From: Azolla caroliniana
Taxonomy: Eukaryota > Plantae > Polypodiophyta
Length of the DNA stretch: 64,000 bases
NCBI GenBank assembly: GCA_043228905.1
Contig: JBHGNT010000001.1
Location: 22,072,001 to 22,136,000 of the forward strand
Direction: 5' to 3'
How positions within the stretch are numbered: the first letter of the stretch is position 1; the number at the start of each line of letters is the position of its first letter. This document shows positions 13,195-25,682 of the stretch, one piece after another. Made by a program: the position numbers and the translations under genes. A model generated the notes under the pieces. The model saw only the letters and a program-made list of their open reading frames with translations. It was not told where the DNA came from and made no database searches.

Positions 13195-13685
13195 GGTTCT
13201 TGCCTCTAACTAATTAATTATGCAAAACATAAGGAACTATAGACCTAAGGCAGGAAACAAGGGTGCCAAACCACCCGACCATCACCTAGCAAAGACGTGA
13301 GATGGACCCGAACCTCCAAGTGTCCCATAACATAGAGGGTTGATGCGACTCGTGTCTTGTGTCCTGCAATGACCACACGGGCTTAGCTAACAAGAGTCAT
13401 AATCACACTATCATAGTCTCAACATAAGTCAAGCCTCCTTAATAAAGGTAATTAGCCTCCTTATATAGGCAGAAACCCTAGGCCATAGTGTATGCACACT
13501 TGACTGCTTTATTTTAAGTGGTTAAGTGGTAACACACTTAATAGTTGCCCCACATTGTAGAATTGAATATTACAATTAATACCCTCATTCCTTTCAGAAT
13601 TAAACCACACTTACTCATCATAAGATTAGGGAAAACTATAGAAAACCTATCTCATTATGAGTTATGGTTAGATAGGTACCATTCT
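13195..13685 (-). mobile_element. LTR related to 6583-12361
   Basis: Clear colinear similarity (aaacataagga.tatagacc, gcctccttaataa, aacacacttaatagtt, taagattagggaaaa). Ends are imprecise. Confidence 0.65.
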
Positions 13686-13699
13686 ACATGAGATCACAC

Positions 13700-14150
13700 A
13701 GGATCGCCAGTTCACATGCATGGTTTGTGTCACTTGGCGTACATGCACTCATGCCATTTGGCGATCATGCATTATCTAAAATACCACATAACTCTAAATA
13801 ATAATAATATACAATGTACACTTTTTGTACAAAGTAATGTGGTGTGATAGTTAAAGTGTAAAACTCTGTTTGAAGATTATAGGTTTGAATTTTGAAATTG
13901 ACATTTTGTGACATCATCCATTCTTTTGAAGATGAGTTCTATGAGTCGCAATGCATGAACAAAGATTTGGTTTATTGGAGTAGTGAGGATAAAACTCTTG
14001 CATAAGTCTAGGGGTATTAGTGACATTCTTTGTGGGTTTCCATGTTCAATCATTAGCCTTGTTTTAGGGAACATATTAAGCAAATATATAAGGAGATGTT
14101 GCACTTATCTTAGAGTTAAAGTAGAAGCTTAAGGAGTTCATTCCCATAAC
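13700..14150 (-). mobile_element. Highly decayed chromovirus 3' end
   Basis: TWEP.KN-like chromodomain remnant, then a purine-rich tract and TGTCACA near 13912. Confidence 0.4.
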
Positions 14151-14898
14151 TTTAGTACTGATCAGCAAAATTACTAGTCTAAAGACAATGTAAATAAATA
14201 AAGTGTAAGTTCTCAGCAAAATCAATTTTGCGGAGAACTACACTTTTAAAGCTCAAAATGAGGTTCAATCAATGCATTGATTTGATAGAATGAACAATAT
14301 ATAATGTTGGCACATATTTTCTATTGGTCAAAAGAGGGTAAATTACTTAAGAAATCAATATCCAACATTTCAGATGATAGTAAGCATGCTATTTATTTAT
14401 CGTTGTTTTACCTTCATGATGAAGGGTTATTGACAATAGGTCTTCGTTTTAATAAGCATTGGGTTTGATCTGAAGGGGCTTTTGCGAAGTTTAATAGGAC
14501 ACAATCCTTTTGCTTCACTACGTGATAAATTTGTTTAACATTTGTTATTATTGTTATATATTATCTCCATTCATATTAGTATTATTTGGAAAGATATTCC
14601 ACTTCATCATTCAAAGATGATAGCCCTTTTTGGCATTTTCAGTCACGAAGATGGTTAATTCCTCTATCTATCACTTACATGACAATAATATCTCTATGTA
14701 TATACTAATGAATGGACATCTTTTTAAAAAAATGATCGGAACTAACTTGACATAATAAAGAATTATCACAAGCAAAACAGAGCATCAAGACATGATAGTT
14801 CTAGTAAGAAGATAAGACCATTTATTAATGGAGTGTTATGAAATATAGGAATTCATACACATTGTTCATTCCCAAACTCTTTGAATGTGTGATTTAGT

Positions 14899-15057
14899 TC
14901 ATTCGCCCAACAATTTAATGAACTCTGTAAGTACCAATACAGCATTCGTTGCTGCTAAGTCATAGAAAATTGATTCCTCGTTACTCACACTAGATCCCCC
15001 TGCCAAGTCTGAAAGAGCTCTAAATGCAATGAAGGAGACATTATTGGTAAGACATGT
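14899..15057 (-). CDS. Exon 6
   Basis: ttgcag|ACA TGT...GAA TGA, encoding TCLTNNVSFIAFRALSDLAGG...FIKLLGE*. Confidence 0.92.
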   Translation of the reverse strand, partial: TCLTNNVSFIAFRALSDLAGGSSVSNEESIFYDLAATNAVLVLTEFIKLLGE

Positions 15058-16951
15058 CTGCAAGCAAAAATCAAACACAGGATTGTCTTAACATCAATAA
15101 TAGACCAAATAATAAGAAAGGGAGGTTTGTTTGAATTTTTACTTAATGTTTGTATAGGCTAAACAATAAGATAGAAAAGAGGTTCAATTTTTACTTCTGA
15201 ATTTAATATTATTAACAACCATTATAACATTTAACGTGTTTGTATATATACATGCATGTTCAAATATGTATCTCTATACATCACACACATTACAAGATGC
15301 ACACACCTACATATACAAATATGAGCATACCTTCATAAATTAATACATACATACACACACATATTATGTGAGTAGATATATGTATGGATTCTACTTAGTG
15401 TTGACGATATAGAGGTTATGATCGTGCTAGAATGATTGATAAAGACATTAAGTTGCAATCATAATGATAGTGCCACAAAATTAATAATGATATATTCAAG
15501 TTAGAATCATAATGAATGCACCAATAGGTCTTATTCATTAGCAGTTAAAACCATCTTCAAAGCTATACGACATTAAATAAACATATCCATTATATTAAAT
15601 ACATCAATAATTGACATAATAATCTAACACAAGAAATAGCACAAGGGTTTACCAATGCCACGCTTGCTGACTCCATGTCTATTACTGATACATTAAAAGT
15701 TTCATGCAAGAAAGACCTATATGCTGCATTGTCGACGAAGATGTTTGAAGAAGATCCCCTACTTACAACTACCACTTGGGGTTTTGTCGATAAACATGTT
15801 GACTCATTTGTGCAATATTGTAGATCTAAATGCTGTAAAAAAGACTATGAATAGATCAGAAAATGAAGGTTGTTAACATACATGGCCTTTAAATAAACAC
15901 ATTTTGAAAAAGTTTGAAGTATCTACATAATGAACTGTAAAACCTTGAGCAAGTTGAAAGTTCCATTTTATCATCCTCATTATATAATTAATAATGAACT
16001 AAGTAAAAAATATTGCCCGGTGTAACATGGCAACAAATTGCTCTTGAATTGTCCGAATCATTCTTTCTGTAACACCATTTTGCAGCGGACTATATGGGGT
16101 CGTAAGCTCTCATCTAATGACGCGCTATCGGCAAAAATCAATGAGCTCGTCCAAATTTAATTATGCATCATTGTCCGATCGTAGGCAAATTTTTAGCTTT
16201 CGACCGTATTGGTTTTTAACCATTGTGACTCATTCTTGAAAGATCACGAACACTTGATCTTTTGTTCTTGTTGGATATGCCCATACCTTCCTAGTCACAT
16301 CATCAATGAATGTTACGAAGTTTGACACATCGCCAAGACATTGATGTGGCATTGGACTGCAGACGTCTAAATGGATCAAGTTGAGTAGGCTTGGCTCTCT
16401 TATCGGATGGATGGATGTAGTCTATTTGTCATATTGGTAGTGCTCACAGAACTGATGGTCGGAGAATAAGAGTTTGGGGATGTATCCAGCTCTAGATATG
16501 TGCATGATGCCGACTTTGCTCAAGTGACCAAGTCAGTTGTGCCATAGTGATGACACAGGAATGTCTACCAAGAATAAGTCACCTTCTCTGAGCTCGAAGG
16601 GGCGTGTTGAGATATCAAGCTCAGGTAGGTTTAGTTATTTTGTCAATTATGTAACTTAGTAGTTACATAAATAGAATCTAGTTAGTGTATTAACTTTAAA
16701 GCCTTAAAAGGGATTTGGTAGCTTGTACTTAAGTGGCCTACATTCTAGATCCCCCACTTCCAAGTTCATTTAATATAGGACTTACATCCTCGTACCTATA
16801 TTCTCCTCACACATGTGCACCCTTGCATCTAAGATGTATATATATATCTCATTGTGGGTATTTTTTATTATTATGACTATTAATTTAGTAAAAGGTCTTT
16901 AAGCTAGACTTGTGTTAATTATCCCCCATTGTGTTTGTTCATAAGTGTAAC

Positions 16952-17038
<87 letters not shown>

Positions 17039-19637
17039 ATCACATATCACATAGTCTTCTGTTGTTTAATCACATACGTGATTAACTACTCACATGATTA
17101 GATATTAATTAACCCTTAGTTGATTACCCAATCATTAACAATATTGCACTAAATGTAATTTGTCATGTCATGTTGATTTCTCTAATATAACCAAAGGAAA
17201 AGAGGAAAAATGGAGAACAAACCTGGCTTTCGATTTGTTTTGCCTTTTCAAAGTAAACTTGATCAACAGGCACCCAAAAATAATCAACACTTGTTTCAGG
17301 TGCTTGAGTTGTTGTGTAAACCTCCTCAGTAAGATAAACTAAATAACCTAGATAGTTCAGTCCATCACCCAGAGGATTATTGTAATCACCCACTGATAAT
17401 GTTGCTATTTTGGTTTCCTCTAGACCATTGAATGTTTCAATGTCAACAACATTCAATAATTTATTGGCTGAATTTGTATATCTCTGTATCAACATCATCA
17501 ATATAAATCCAAGTGTTAATTATGACAAAAAATCTACAATTACTTAGGATGAAACAAAGAGCATTGTTTTCTTTACCGAATTACCTAGTTATAAGAATAC
17601 TAATATATGAAACTTAACCAAATATAGAAATTGTTATCATTAACAAGACAATACCTATTGAATGAAGTACTACAATATGAAAGGAATGTTTCTGTACATT
17701 AGGTAAGAGATTTAAGTCAATAGTACATTGAGTACATAGTACATTCATATTAGTATGTACATAAAAAGTGAGGTTGTTGGTTCAAGTCTTCGAGCCATTA
17801 CCATTGATAGGTTTAATCTAAGGTTAATAATTTGTATTTTAGTTTGATATCATGTAACCATACTTGTTTTATGACTTTGACAGTCCTACTTTTCCACAAC
17901 ATTAGTGAACGTAGTAGTTGTAGCTGAACACGGGATAGGAAATGTGTTAATGGTATTGCGGCAAATGCCTTTATATTATTCCATTGCGCTAGAATCCATA
18001 TGGACAAGCCACTAATCTTATGGACCAATCTTGAGTAGATAGTATAGGTAATTATCAATTACACATTATTACTAAAGATAAATTAAAGTAAATTGGGCTA
18101 TACGACAAAGCATGAGAGCTTCGGATAAGGATATTATGCACATTAATTACAAAAATAGAGAAGACATTGGGAATATGGTTACCTCCCAATTCCAAATGCC
18201 GGTGTGTGCCCAATACTGAGCAATAGTGATGTCACCAATATGAAGGTCATCATTAGCATTTCCACCAATGCCATAGTGTAAAACTCCTTTCAAATTGAAG
18301 TATGTGATCAAGAGTTGCGTGGTGATTGCAGTATTCAACTAAAACAATCCAAAAGCATAAACAAAAAGGTAAGCATGGTTCTGTGTTAGTCACGAATATA
18401 CCAATCTGAACCTTTACGAGAATCAATAACATTATATATCCTGACTTGATTTATACACATTGATGAGAAAATGTGACGGGAAATCATTAAAATATTGCAT
18501 GTACGGGGAGCGGATTTCTACCAATTACTTTAATGGCGAAGGGTCTAAATTTGAATAAAAGGGTGAAACAAGAATACTTTTAAATTCTAGATATGGATTG
18601 ATTGAATGTTTACTAATTGGTCAACTTTGAGAGATAGAAATACGTACTCATTGTACAAACTTCAAAGTGTGTCCCTATAGAGAAATTAAATAATGTGACA
18701 CGTTTGATGCATTAAAAAAGAGATCAGTACTCCAATCTCCATACACATAATAAATTGAAAATGATTATATAGAGAGGGAGGAGAAACAAGTTATAGAGTA
18801 AAACAATAATGTTATGGAGGTAGCGTACATATAAGTCCGCACGTGCTAAACGGTAAAAAGAATAACAAGCTCCATATGAAGTATAAGTGTGTATACATAC
18901 ATATATGTACATAGATAGTGAAAAAAGGTAAAAATGAGTAACAAGTTCCATGTGAAAGGAATTCCTATAGAGAGAAAATGTCAAACGCCCATTTTATGAG
19001 CACATATAATGCAGAGATAAACAAGTCAACACGGTCAACACACAAAAAGGGGCCCTCATGAAGTCATAGTGCAATAGTACGAATTAAGTTCTAAAAGAAC
19101 ACTTTAACATATTGGGAAATGCCTTAGATTTGAGCATGTTTGATATGGCGTTTCATACCAAAAGATTGAATTGCAGCATTACATGAATGTGGAAACTTGC
19201 AATTTGAGAATTGCAAGGAAAATCACCCGTAATGAGGTTGTGATAAGAATTAAAGCAATATCTACTCCAACAATTGATTGTTAGTGTCTTATAATAAATA
19301 AAGGAGTGGTTGTATGAAGAGACTTATTTGTAAATGTTTTGGAATAATGGCATATTCCTAATGAAAATGAAGAAATACACTAGTGAATGTCTGAGCTAGC
19401 ATGTGATTAGTTTATTTACTTTTTTGTGATCTTTGCACCGGAGCGAGCCAATTAAGGTTACCAGGAGGAGTCGGCAGTGGTTCGGCCCAAGCCTCAATAG
19501 AGCCATTTTAACCATTAAACAGTTTGGCGGTTTGGGAGTTGGGTTTGGCTTGCTTCAGGCTTGAGGTTTCTTAACCGGTTTGAGCTCTACTTGGCGGGCT
19601 CAAACTGGTTAAGCCAGTTAAGTCATTTTACATATTT

Positions 19638-19689
<52 letters not shown>

Positions 19690-20320
19690 GTTGAGATTGT
19701 ATTAAGAGATAAGGTGCTGATTAATTACCATGCCAAGTCCCGACAAGACCAGGATGACCCTCTGCCCTTCAATCTCCCCCACGTAGAACTTTCGCCCTGC
19801 CAATCAATCAATCAATCAACTCTTGCTCAGTAAATTACGAGTATGAGTCATTAATGCTAGCTAATTCAGGTAGAAACACACAGCAAGAACCCAATTTGCA
19901 CACAGAGAATTGAGTGGAGAGATCACTCAGAGAATGGGGAGACTGAATTGGTTGTGGAGGGAGGGAGTATACACCAGTATGACTCGTATGCACCCGATGA
20001 GTAGATGAGACGGCATTGTGAATAATTCAGCTGCAGATTATTAGATTGATTATGTGAGTGAGAGTACCTGAGATGACTATCGTTGAGTGATTGGAGGTGG
20101 AGGTACTGTCTTGGGTGAAGCTATCCATCTCTAGGAGGGGTTGCAGCTCAAACAAATTGGGGACAACAAGGCCCAAGTATGGGCCCAAAGTGTTTATGGC
20201 TGTCACGCCGGCCAACACTTCTGAATTGATGGCAGCATGGGATAGTATTGGTGTGAGCCACAATCCCACCATTATTACCACCACATTCATCCCGGCCACA
20301 TGTCGTCCAAATGCGCCCAT
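14899..20320 (-). CDS. Secreted nucleoside phosphorylase-family (PNP_UDP_1 / MTA-SAH nucleosidase-like, bark storage protein-like) gene, 6 exons, 358 aa
   Basis: Exons 20320-20068, 19796-19729, 18338-18183, 17483-17223, 15832-15653 and 15057-14899 all have GT-AG introns and splice into one open frame from ATG 20320 to TGA 14899. The N-terminus is hydrophobic and signal-peptide-like. Family motifs: GPYLGLVVPN, GRKFYVG..G..VILV.SGLGM|LNTAITTQLL, GVLHYGIGGNA..LHIGD, FWVPVD, NIFVDNAAYR.FL..TF, DMESASVAL, FRALSDLAGG. Confidence 0.92.
15653..15832 (-). CDS. Exon 5
   Basis: tttacag|CAT TTA...GCA TTG|gtaaa, encoding HLDLQYCTNESTCLSTKPKV...DMESASVAL. Confidence 0.92.
16000..16600 (-). mobile_element. 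Copia integrase fragment in intron 4
   Basis: Minus-strand remnants LWHN.LGHLS, LIHLDVCSP, FVTFIDD.TRKVW and TPYSPLQNGV.ER. Confidence 0.7.
16605..17140 (+). mobile_element. Copia LTR in intron 4 with (CT)n(CA)n microsatellite
   Basis: TGTTGAGATATCAAGCTCA...TTAACA, colinear with the LTR at 31356-31825 and preceded by PPT-like GAAGGGGCG. Confidence 0.82.
17223..17483 (-). CDS. Exon 4
   Basis: tacag|AGA TAT...AGC CAG|gtttg, encoding RYTNS...FWVPVDQVYFEKAKQIESQ. Confidence 0.88.
18183..18338 (-). CDS. Exon 3
   Basis: ttttag|TTG AAT...TGG GAG|gtaac, encoding LNTAITTQLL...AHTGIWNWE. Confidence 0.92.
19643..19687. repeat. (GA)n microsatellite in intron 2
   Basis: About 22 GA units. Confidence 0.95.
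19729..19796 (-). CDS. Exon 2
   Basis: cag|GG CGA AAG...GGC ATG|gtaatt, encoding GRKFYVGEIEGQRVILVLSGLGM; phase matches exon 1. Confidence 0.9.
20068..20320 (-). CDS. Exon 1 of phosphorylase/BSP-like gene
   Basis: MGAFGRHVAG...IVISG; donor G|GTACT at 20068/20067. The ORF-track extension upstream is only the AG microsatellite. Confidence 0.88.
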
Positions 20321-21479
20321 TTCGACAAGTCTTTGGCTCTCTCTTTCTCTATCTTTCTCTCTCTCTCTCTCTCGCACACTCCCTCGCTCGCTCGCTCACT
20401 CTCTTTTCTAGAGGTTTTTAAGCTTCTTTTATAGTTTTTTCAGCTTTTGCATTGGGTTTTGTATGCCTAGTTGAGAGCTCTCTAAGAGCTATAACTTAGA
20501 TATTTGTTCACTAACAAATAGTTTGGATATAACCCATCTATTTATTGAGTCTAAGTTTAACTAAGCATAGCTTAGATGAAACTAAAACAGTCAGTCTATG
20601 TACATATATGGTACATATAATATTTAAACCTAATTCATCATCAAAAATCATATTTTATATTTTATATACATTATCTTTACACAATGAATAGATTGCCTCA
20701 TTTCATAACGTTCCAAAATGTAGCATGGCCTTATGGACCTCCAATTTCTTCTTTCTCATTTACTTAGAATATGTGAAACATTTTTCCTTACATTGCATGT
20801 CACATCTAATGCCTTGGATATTACAAACTTCCGTACAAACTTCATAAAACCGTATGGGGGTTTATAATTCATCACATGTGGATATTAAATTTAGTACTTC
20901 AAGAAAAAGGGTTTTCAAATATAAAAAAGACCTGCCATGTTTGTCCTCCATGGGTTTCTCGCCTTCATCTTGGTGTACTTTTGGGTACATGACACCTTGG
21001 GAGTCGGGACAATATTCATACTAATCATAAACATCCCCCATTGCTACTAGTAGAGTCATCCTTTATGGTTGTCATAATGCACCTATTTTGATACTATATT
21101 TATTTGACCATATCCTTTGCCTCTCCATCGACATACTCCAAAATTTCATTGTTGGCATTGTTTGAGAATGCAAAAGATATCTTCACGAACTTAGCCTCCA
21201 TCTTTGTCATCCTTCTAGAATTGTGAGAGCAATGTTGGTGCTAATACTTCTAGCTTGGATACATGTAATGCAAATTTGCAAGGGCATCATGAGCTTAAGT
21301 TGATCTACACTATGGCACTTGTTTATGAGATGAGGATATGGTATTAAATTCAGAGCGTGCTTTAATTCTTACTTCCTTTTAACCTAGATATCATATGGGT
21401 GAATAACGTTTCGAGCTTGCTAGTCTTATTGAAAAGGTGAAACATTGCCTCCCAAGTCAGTACATTAACACTTGTACAA

Positions 21480-22200
21480 TATTGTCGCTTGTCCCAAAAA
21501 GGAACGAATAAATGGATCTATAAACTCTAGAAGAAAGAATTGCCCTCATACTCGCTTATGGCTTATTGCGCACAGATCCTTGCCGGTAGGGGCGTGCGCT
21601 ACATGCCCGAATGTAGACCCTAGATGTAGTGCATGTGGACAATTAGAAAGTATTTCCCATTGTCTATGGGAATGTCACGAGGCAACGACAATATGGGAAA
21701 GGGCATTTACGATTACTATGTCATGCCTCTCGCTCATTTACCCTCAAATGGGGACATGCTTGTTGGAATTGTCTTGATGATGATGTGAAGAAATTTGATA
21801 GCACATGCAAAGCAATGTACAGAGACGAGAATGGAACTATTCGATGATCACTGATAACATGGCACCTACAATTAATGCCCAAAAGCATAAAATTGGAGAT
21901 CAGATATGGATGTTGCTTGCACCCATTATCATATGGAGCATATGGATGGCAAGATGTACCAAGGTATTTTCAGCAAACAAACGGCCTCCAACAAAATCTA
22001 TTAAGCTAATATGACACACATTAATAACTACATTAAGGGCACAATATGAGCGGATTGATGGGACGGATGATGCTTCAAAACTACATCGATGGCCGAATTT
22101 CAGAAAACGTTGGTCTACCACACCGATGGCTGCAGAAATTGGAATGGATATACGTTGACAGTATGTAGTGCCCGGGTGGTTGTTCCCCCCCCTCCCTTTA
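21480..22200 (+). mobile_element. LINE (L1-like) ORF2 C-terminal zf-RVT fragment, copy 1
   Basis: LWLIAHRSLP..CSACGQLESISHCLWEC...IIWSIWMARC.KVF, frameshifted. Confidence 0.8.
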
Positions 22201-22208
22201 GATTAAAT

Positions 22209-23406
22209 TGAGGAGAATCGCACTCGGCCACAATTGAGTTTCAAACTTTAATGGCAGAATAACAGAGAATAGGAACAATGCACTTACACAAACAACGAGA
22301 TAATGCTACTAGATATTTACGTGGAAAACCTCGACATGCAAAACCACAGGAGTACACAGACTCCGAACAAGATCTCTATAGGAGAGAGGTACAAGAAGGC
22401 GAGACTTAGAGGCAATGGCCTCGAGCTCTATCTTTGCCAATCGACGGTTACAACGGAAATGCTTTTTGTATCTCTGTCACGCTCTCTCTTTGTACTATGA
22501 TAACTACTAACTAATTCACTACAACTACATACAGTTATTGCCCTAGTTATATTTATACTTATATAACTTTAGGGCTATTTACAAATATGACCTCAATAGT
22601 TACATCGGAACATATTTATTTATATGTTCCTGCTTCTTGTTCACATCGGATCCGAACGGACACCTTTTCGGATCCATCTGGTCTAGTTTCCTCCTCAAAC
22701 TATACTGACAACCAGAGATCTTTGACCACTAGCATGTCCCTCATCTTAGACTTCTACACTACGTAGTTGGAGCGGGTGAGCTTGAACATGCCACCGAATG
22801 ACTCTTCCACTTTCTTCGTTTGTTTGAAGTTTAGAACTTTGCTCTGATACCAATTTGTCGAAAATCGCACTCGGCCACAACTGACTTTCAAACTCTACTG
22901 GAAGATTAACAGAGAATAAGAGCAATGCACTTACACAAACAACGAGATGACACAAGATATTTACGTGGAAAACTTGGAGAGGCAAAACCATGGGAGTTCA
23001 CAGACTTCGAACAGTATCACGATAGGGGAGGTACAACAATGGGAGACTCAAAGGCAATGGCTTCGAGCTCTGTTTCTTTCAACAGGCGGTTACAATCTCT
23101 CTCTATCTCTCTCTCCTCTTTCTCTCTCTCTCTCCCTCCCTCTCTGTACAGTGATACCTACTAACTAACTCAATACAACTACATACAATTATTGTCCTAG
23201 TTATATTTATACTTATATAACTTTAGGATTATTTACAAATATGACCCAACTGTCACATTAAAACATATTTACTAATATGTCCCTGCTTCTTATTCACACC
23301 GAATCCGCCCGGATACCTTCCAGATCCATCCAGTCCGGTTTCTTCCTCCGACTCGTCCCGTTCGGTTCTCATCGGGATCCCAGCCGGAGGGACCGGTTTC
23401 TCAACA
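22209..23406 (-). mobile_element. Internally deleted two-LTR copia derivative, copy 1
   Basis: Two related LTRs, PBS gctctgatacca near 22841-22852 and a short gag start. Right flank GAAAG. Confidence 0.85.
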
Positions 23407-23541
23407 GAAAGAGGGCCATGAATGACATGAGATACATAGTGAACAAACATGTGGGCTATTGAGTGTAAGATAAATAAGTGATGTCGCCCATATGGAAGTA
23501 CATAATGCAGATTATTAGATTGATTATGTGAGTGAGAGTAC

Positions 23542-23794
23542 ATGAGATGACTATCGTTGAGTGATTGGAGGTGGAGGTACTGTCTTGGGTGAAGCTATCC
23601 ATCTCTAGGAGGGGTTGCAGCTCAAACAAATTGGGGACAACAAGGCCAAAGTATGGGCCCAAAGTGTTTATGGCTGTCACGCCGGCCAACACTTATGAAT
23701 TGATGGCAGCATGGGATAGTATTGGTGTGAGCCACAATCCCACCATTATTACCACCACATTCATACCGGCCACATGTCGTCCAAATGCGCCCAT
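23542..23794 (-). pseudogene. Duplicated exon 1 (orphan pseudo-exon)
   Basis: Near-identical copy of 20068-20320 at +3474. It has a GAA>TAA nonsense change at 23693-23695 and G>T at donor position -1, and no duplicated downstream exons. Confidence 0.9.
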
Positions 23795-24949
23795 TTCGAC
23801 AAGTCTTTGGCTCTCTCTTTCTCTATCTTTCTCTCTCTCTCTCTCTCGCACACTCCCTCGCTCGCTCGCTCACTCTCTTTTCTAGAGGTTTTTAAGCTTC
23901 TTTTATAGTTTTTTCAGCTTTTGCATTGGGTTTTGTATGCCTAGTTGAGAGCTCTCTAAGAGCTATAACTTAGATATTTGTTCACTAACAAATAGTTTGG
24001 ATATAACCCATCTATTTATTGAGTCTAAGTTTAACTAAGCATAGCTTAGATGAAACTAAAATAGTCAGTCTATGTACATATATGGTACATATAATATTTA
24101 AACCTAATTCATCATCAAAAATCATATTTTATATTTTATATACATTATCTTTACACAATGAATGGATTGCCTCATTTCATAACGTTCCAAAATGTAGCAT
24201 GGCCTTATGGACCTCCAATTTCTTCTTTCTCATTTACTTAGAATATGTGAAACATTTTTCCTTACATGGCATGTCACATCTAATGCCTTGGATATTAAAA
24301 ACTTCCGTACAAACTTCATAAAACCGTATGGGGGTTTATAATTCATCACATGTGGATATTAAATTTAGTACTTCAAGAAAAAGGGTTTTCAAATGAAAAA
24401 AAGACCTGCCATGTTTGACCTCCATGGGTTTCTCGCCTTCATCTTGGTGTACTTTTGGGTACATGACACCTTGGGAGTCAGGACAATATTCATACTAATC
24501 ATAAACATCCCCCATTGCTACTAGTAGAGTCATCCTTTATGGTTGTCATAATGCACCTATTTTGATACTATATTTATTTGACCATATCCTTTGCCTCTCC
24601 ATCGACATACTCCAAAATTTCATTGTTGGCATTGTTTGAGAATGCAAAAGATTTCTTGACGAGCTTAGCCTCCATCTTTGTCATCCTTCTAGAATTGTGA
24701 GAGCAATGTTGGTGCTAATACTTCTAGCTTGGATACATGTAATGTAAATTTGCAAGGGCATCATGAGCTTAAGTTGATCTACACTATGACACTTGTTTAT
24801 GAGATGAGGATATGGTATTAAATTCAAAGCGTGCTTTAATTCTTACTTCCTTTTAACCTAGATATCATATGGGTGAATAATGTTTCGAGCTTGCTAGTCT
24901 TATTGAAAAGGTGAAACATTGCCTCCCAAGTCAGTACATTAACACTTGT

Positions 24950-25675
24950 ACAATATTGTCGCTCGTCCCAAAAAGAAACGAATAAATGGATCTATAAACT
25001 CTATAATAAAGAATTGCCCTCATACTCTCTTATGGCTTATTGCACATAGATCCTTGCCGGTAGAGGCGTGCGCTAAAGGCCCGAATGTAGACCCTAGATG
25101 TAGTGCATGTGGACAATTAGAAAGCATTTCCCATTGTCTATGGGAATGTCACGAGGCAACGGCAATATGGGAAAGGGCATTTACGATTGCTATGCCATGC
25201 CTCTCGCTCATTTACCGTCAAATGGGGACATGCTTGTTGGAATTGTCTTGATGATAATGTGAAGAAATTTGATAGCACATGCAAAGCAATGTACAGAGAC
25301 GAGAATGGAACTATTCGATGATCACTGATAACATGGCACCTACAATTAGTGCCCAAAAGCAGAAAATTGGAGATCAGATATGGATGTTGCTTGCACCCAT
25401 TATCATATGGAGCATATGGATGGCAAGATGTACCAAGGTATTTTCAGCAAACAAACGGCCTCCAACAAAATCTATTAAGCTAATATGACACACATTAATA
25501 ACTACATTAAGGGCACAATATGAGCGGATTGATGGGACGGATGATGCTTCAAAACTACATCGATGGCCGAATTTCAGAAAACGTTGGTCTACCACACCGA
25601 TGGCAGCAGAAATTGGAATGGATATACGTTGACAGTACGTAGTGCCCGGGTGGGTGTTCCCCCCCCTCCCATTAG
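24950..25675 (+). mobile_element. LINE zf-RVT fragment, copy 2
   Basis: Same motifs as copy 1. Confidence 0.8.
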
Positions 25676-25682
25676 ATGAAAG

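Noticed and set aside
20321-20377. N-terminal REREREK extension of exon 1
   Set aside because: It is a translated AG microsatellite from a GTG start. The ATG at 20320 gives a normal signal-peptide-bearing protein.
22209-23406. Active TRIM family with two insertions
   Set aside because: Both copies share the same flanks and site, so they were copied by segmental duplication rather than transposition.
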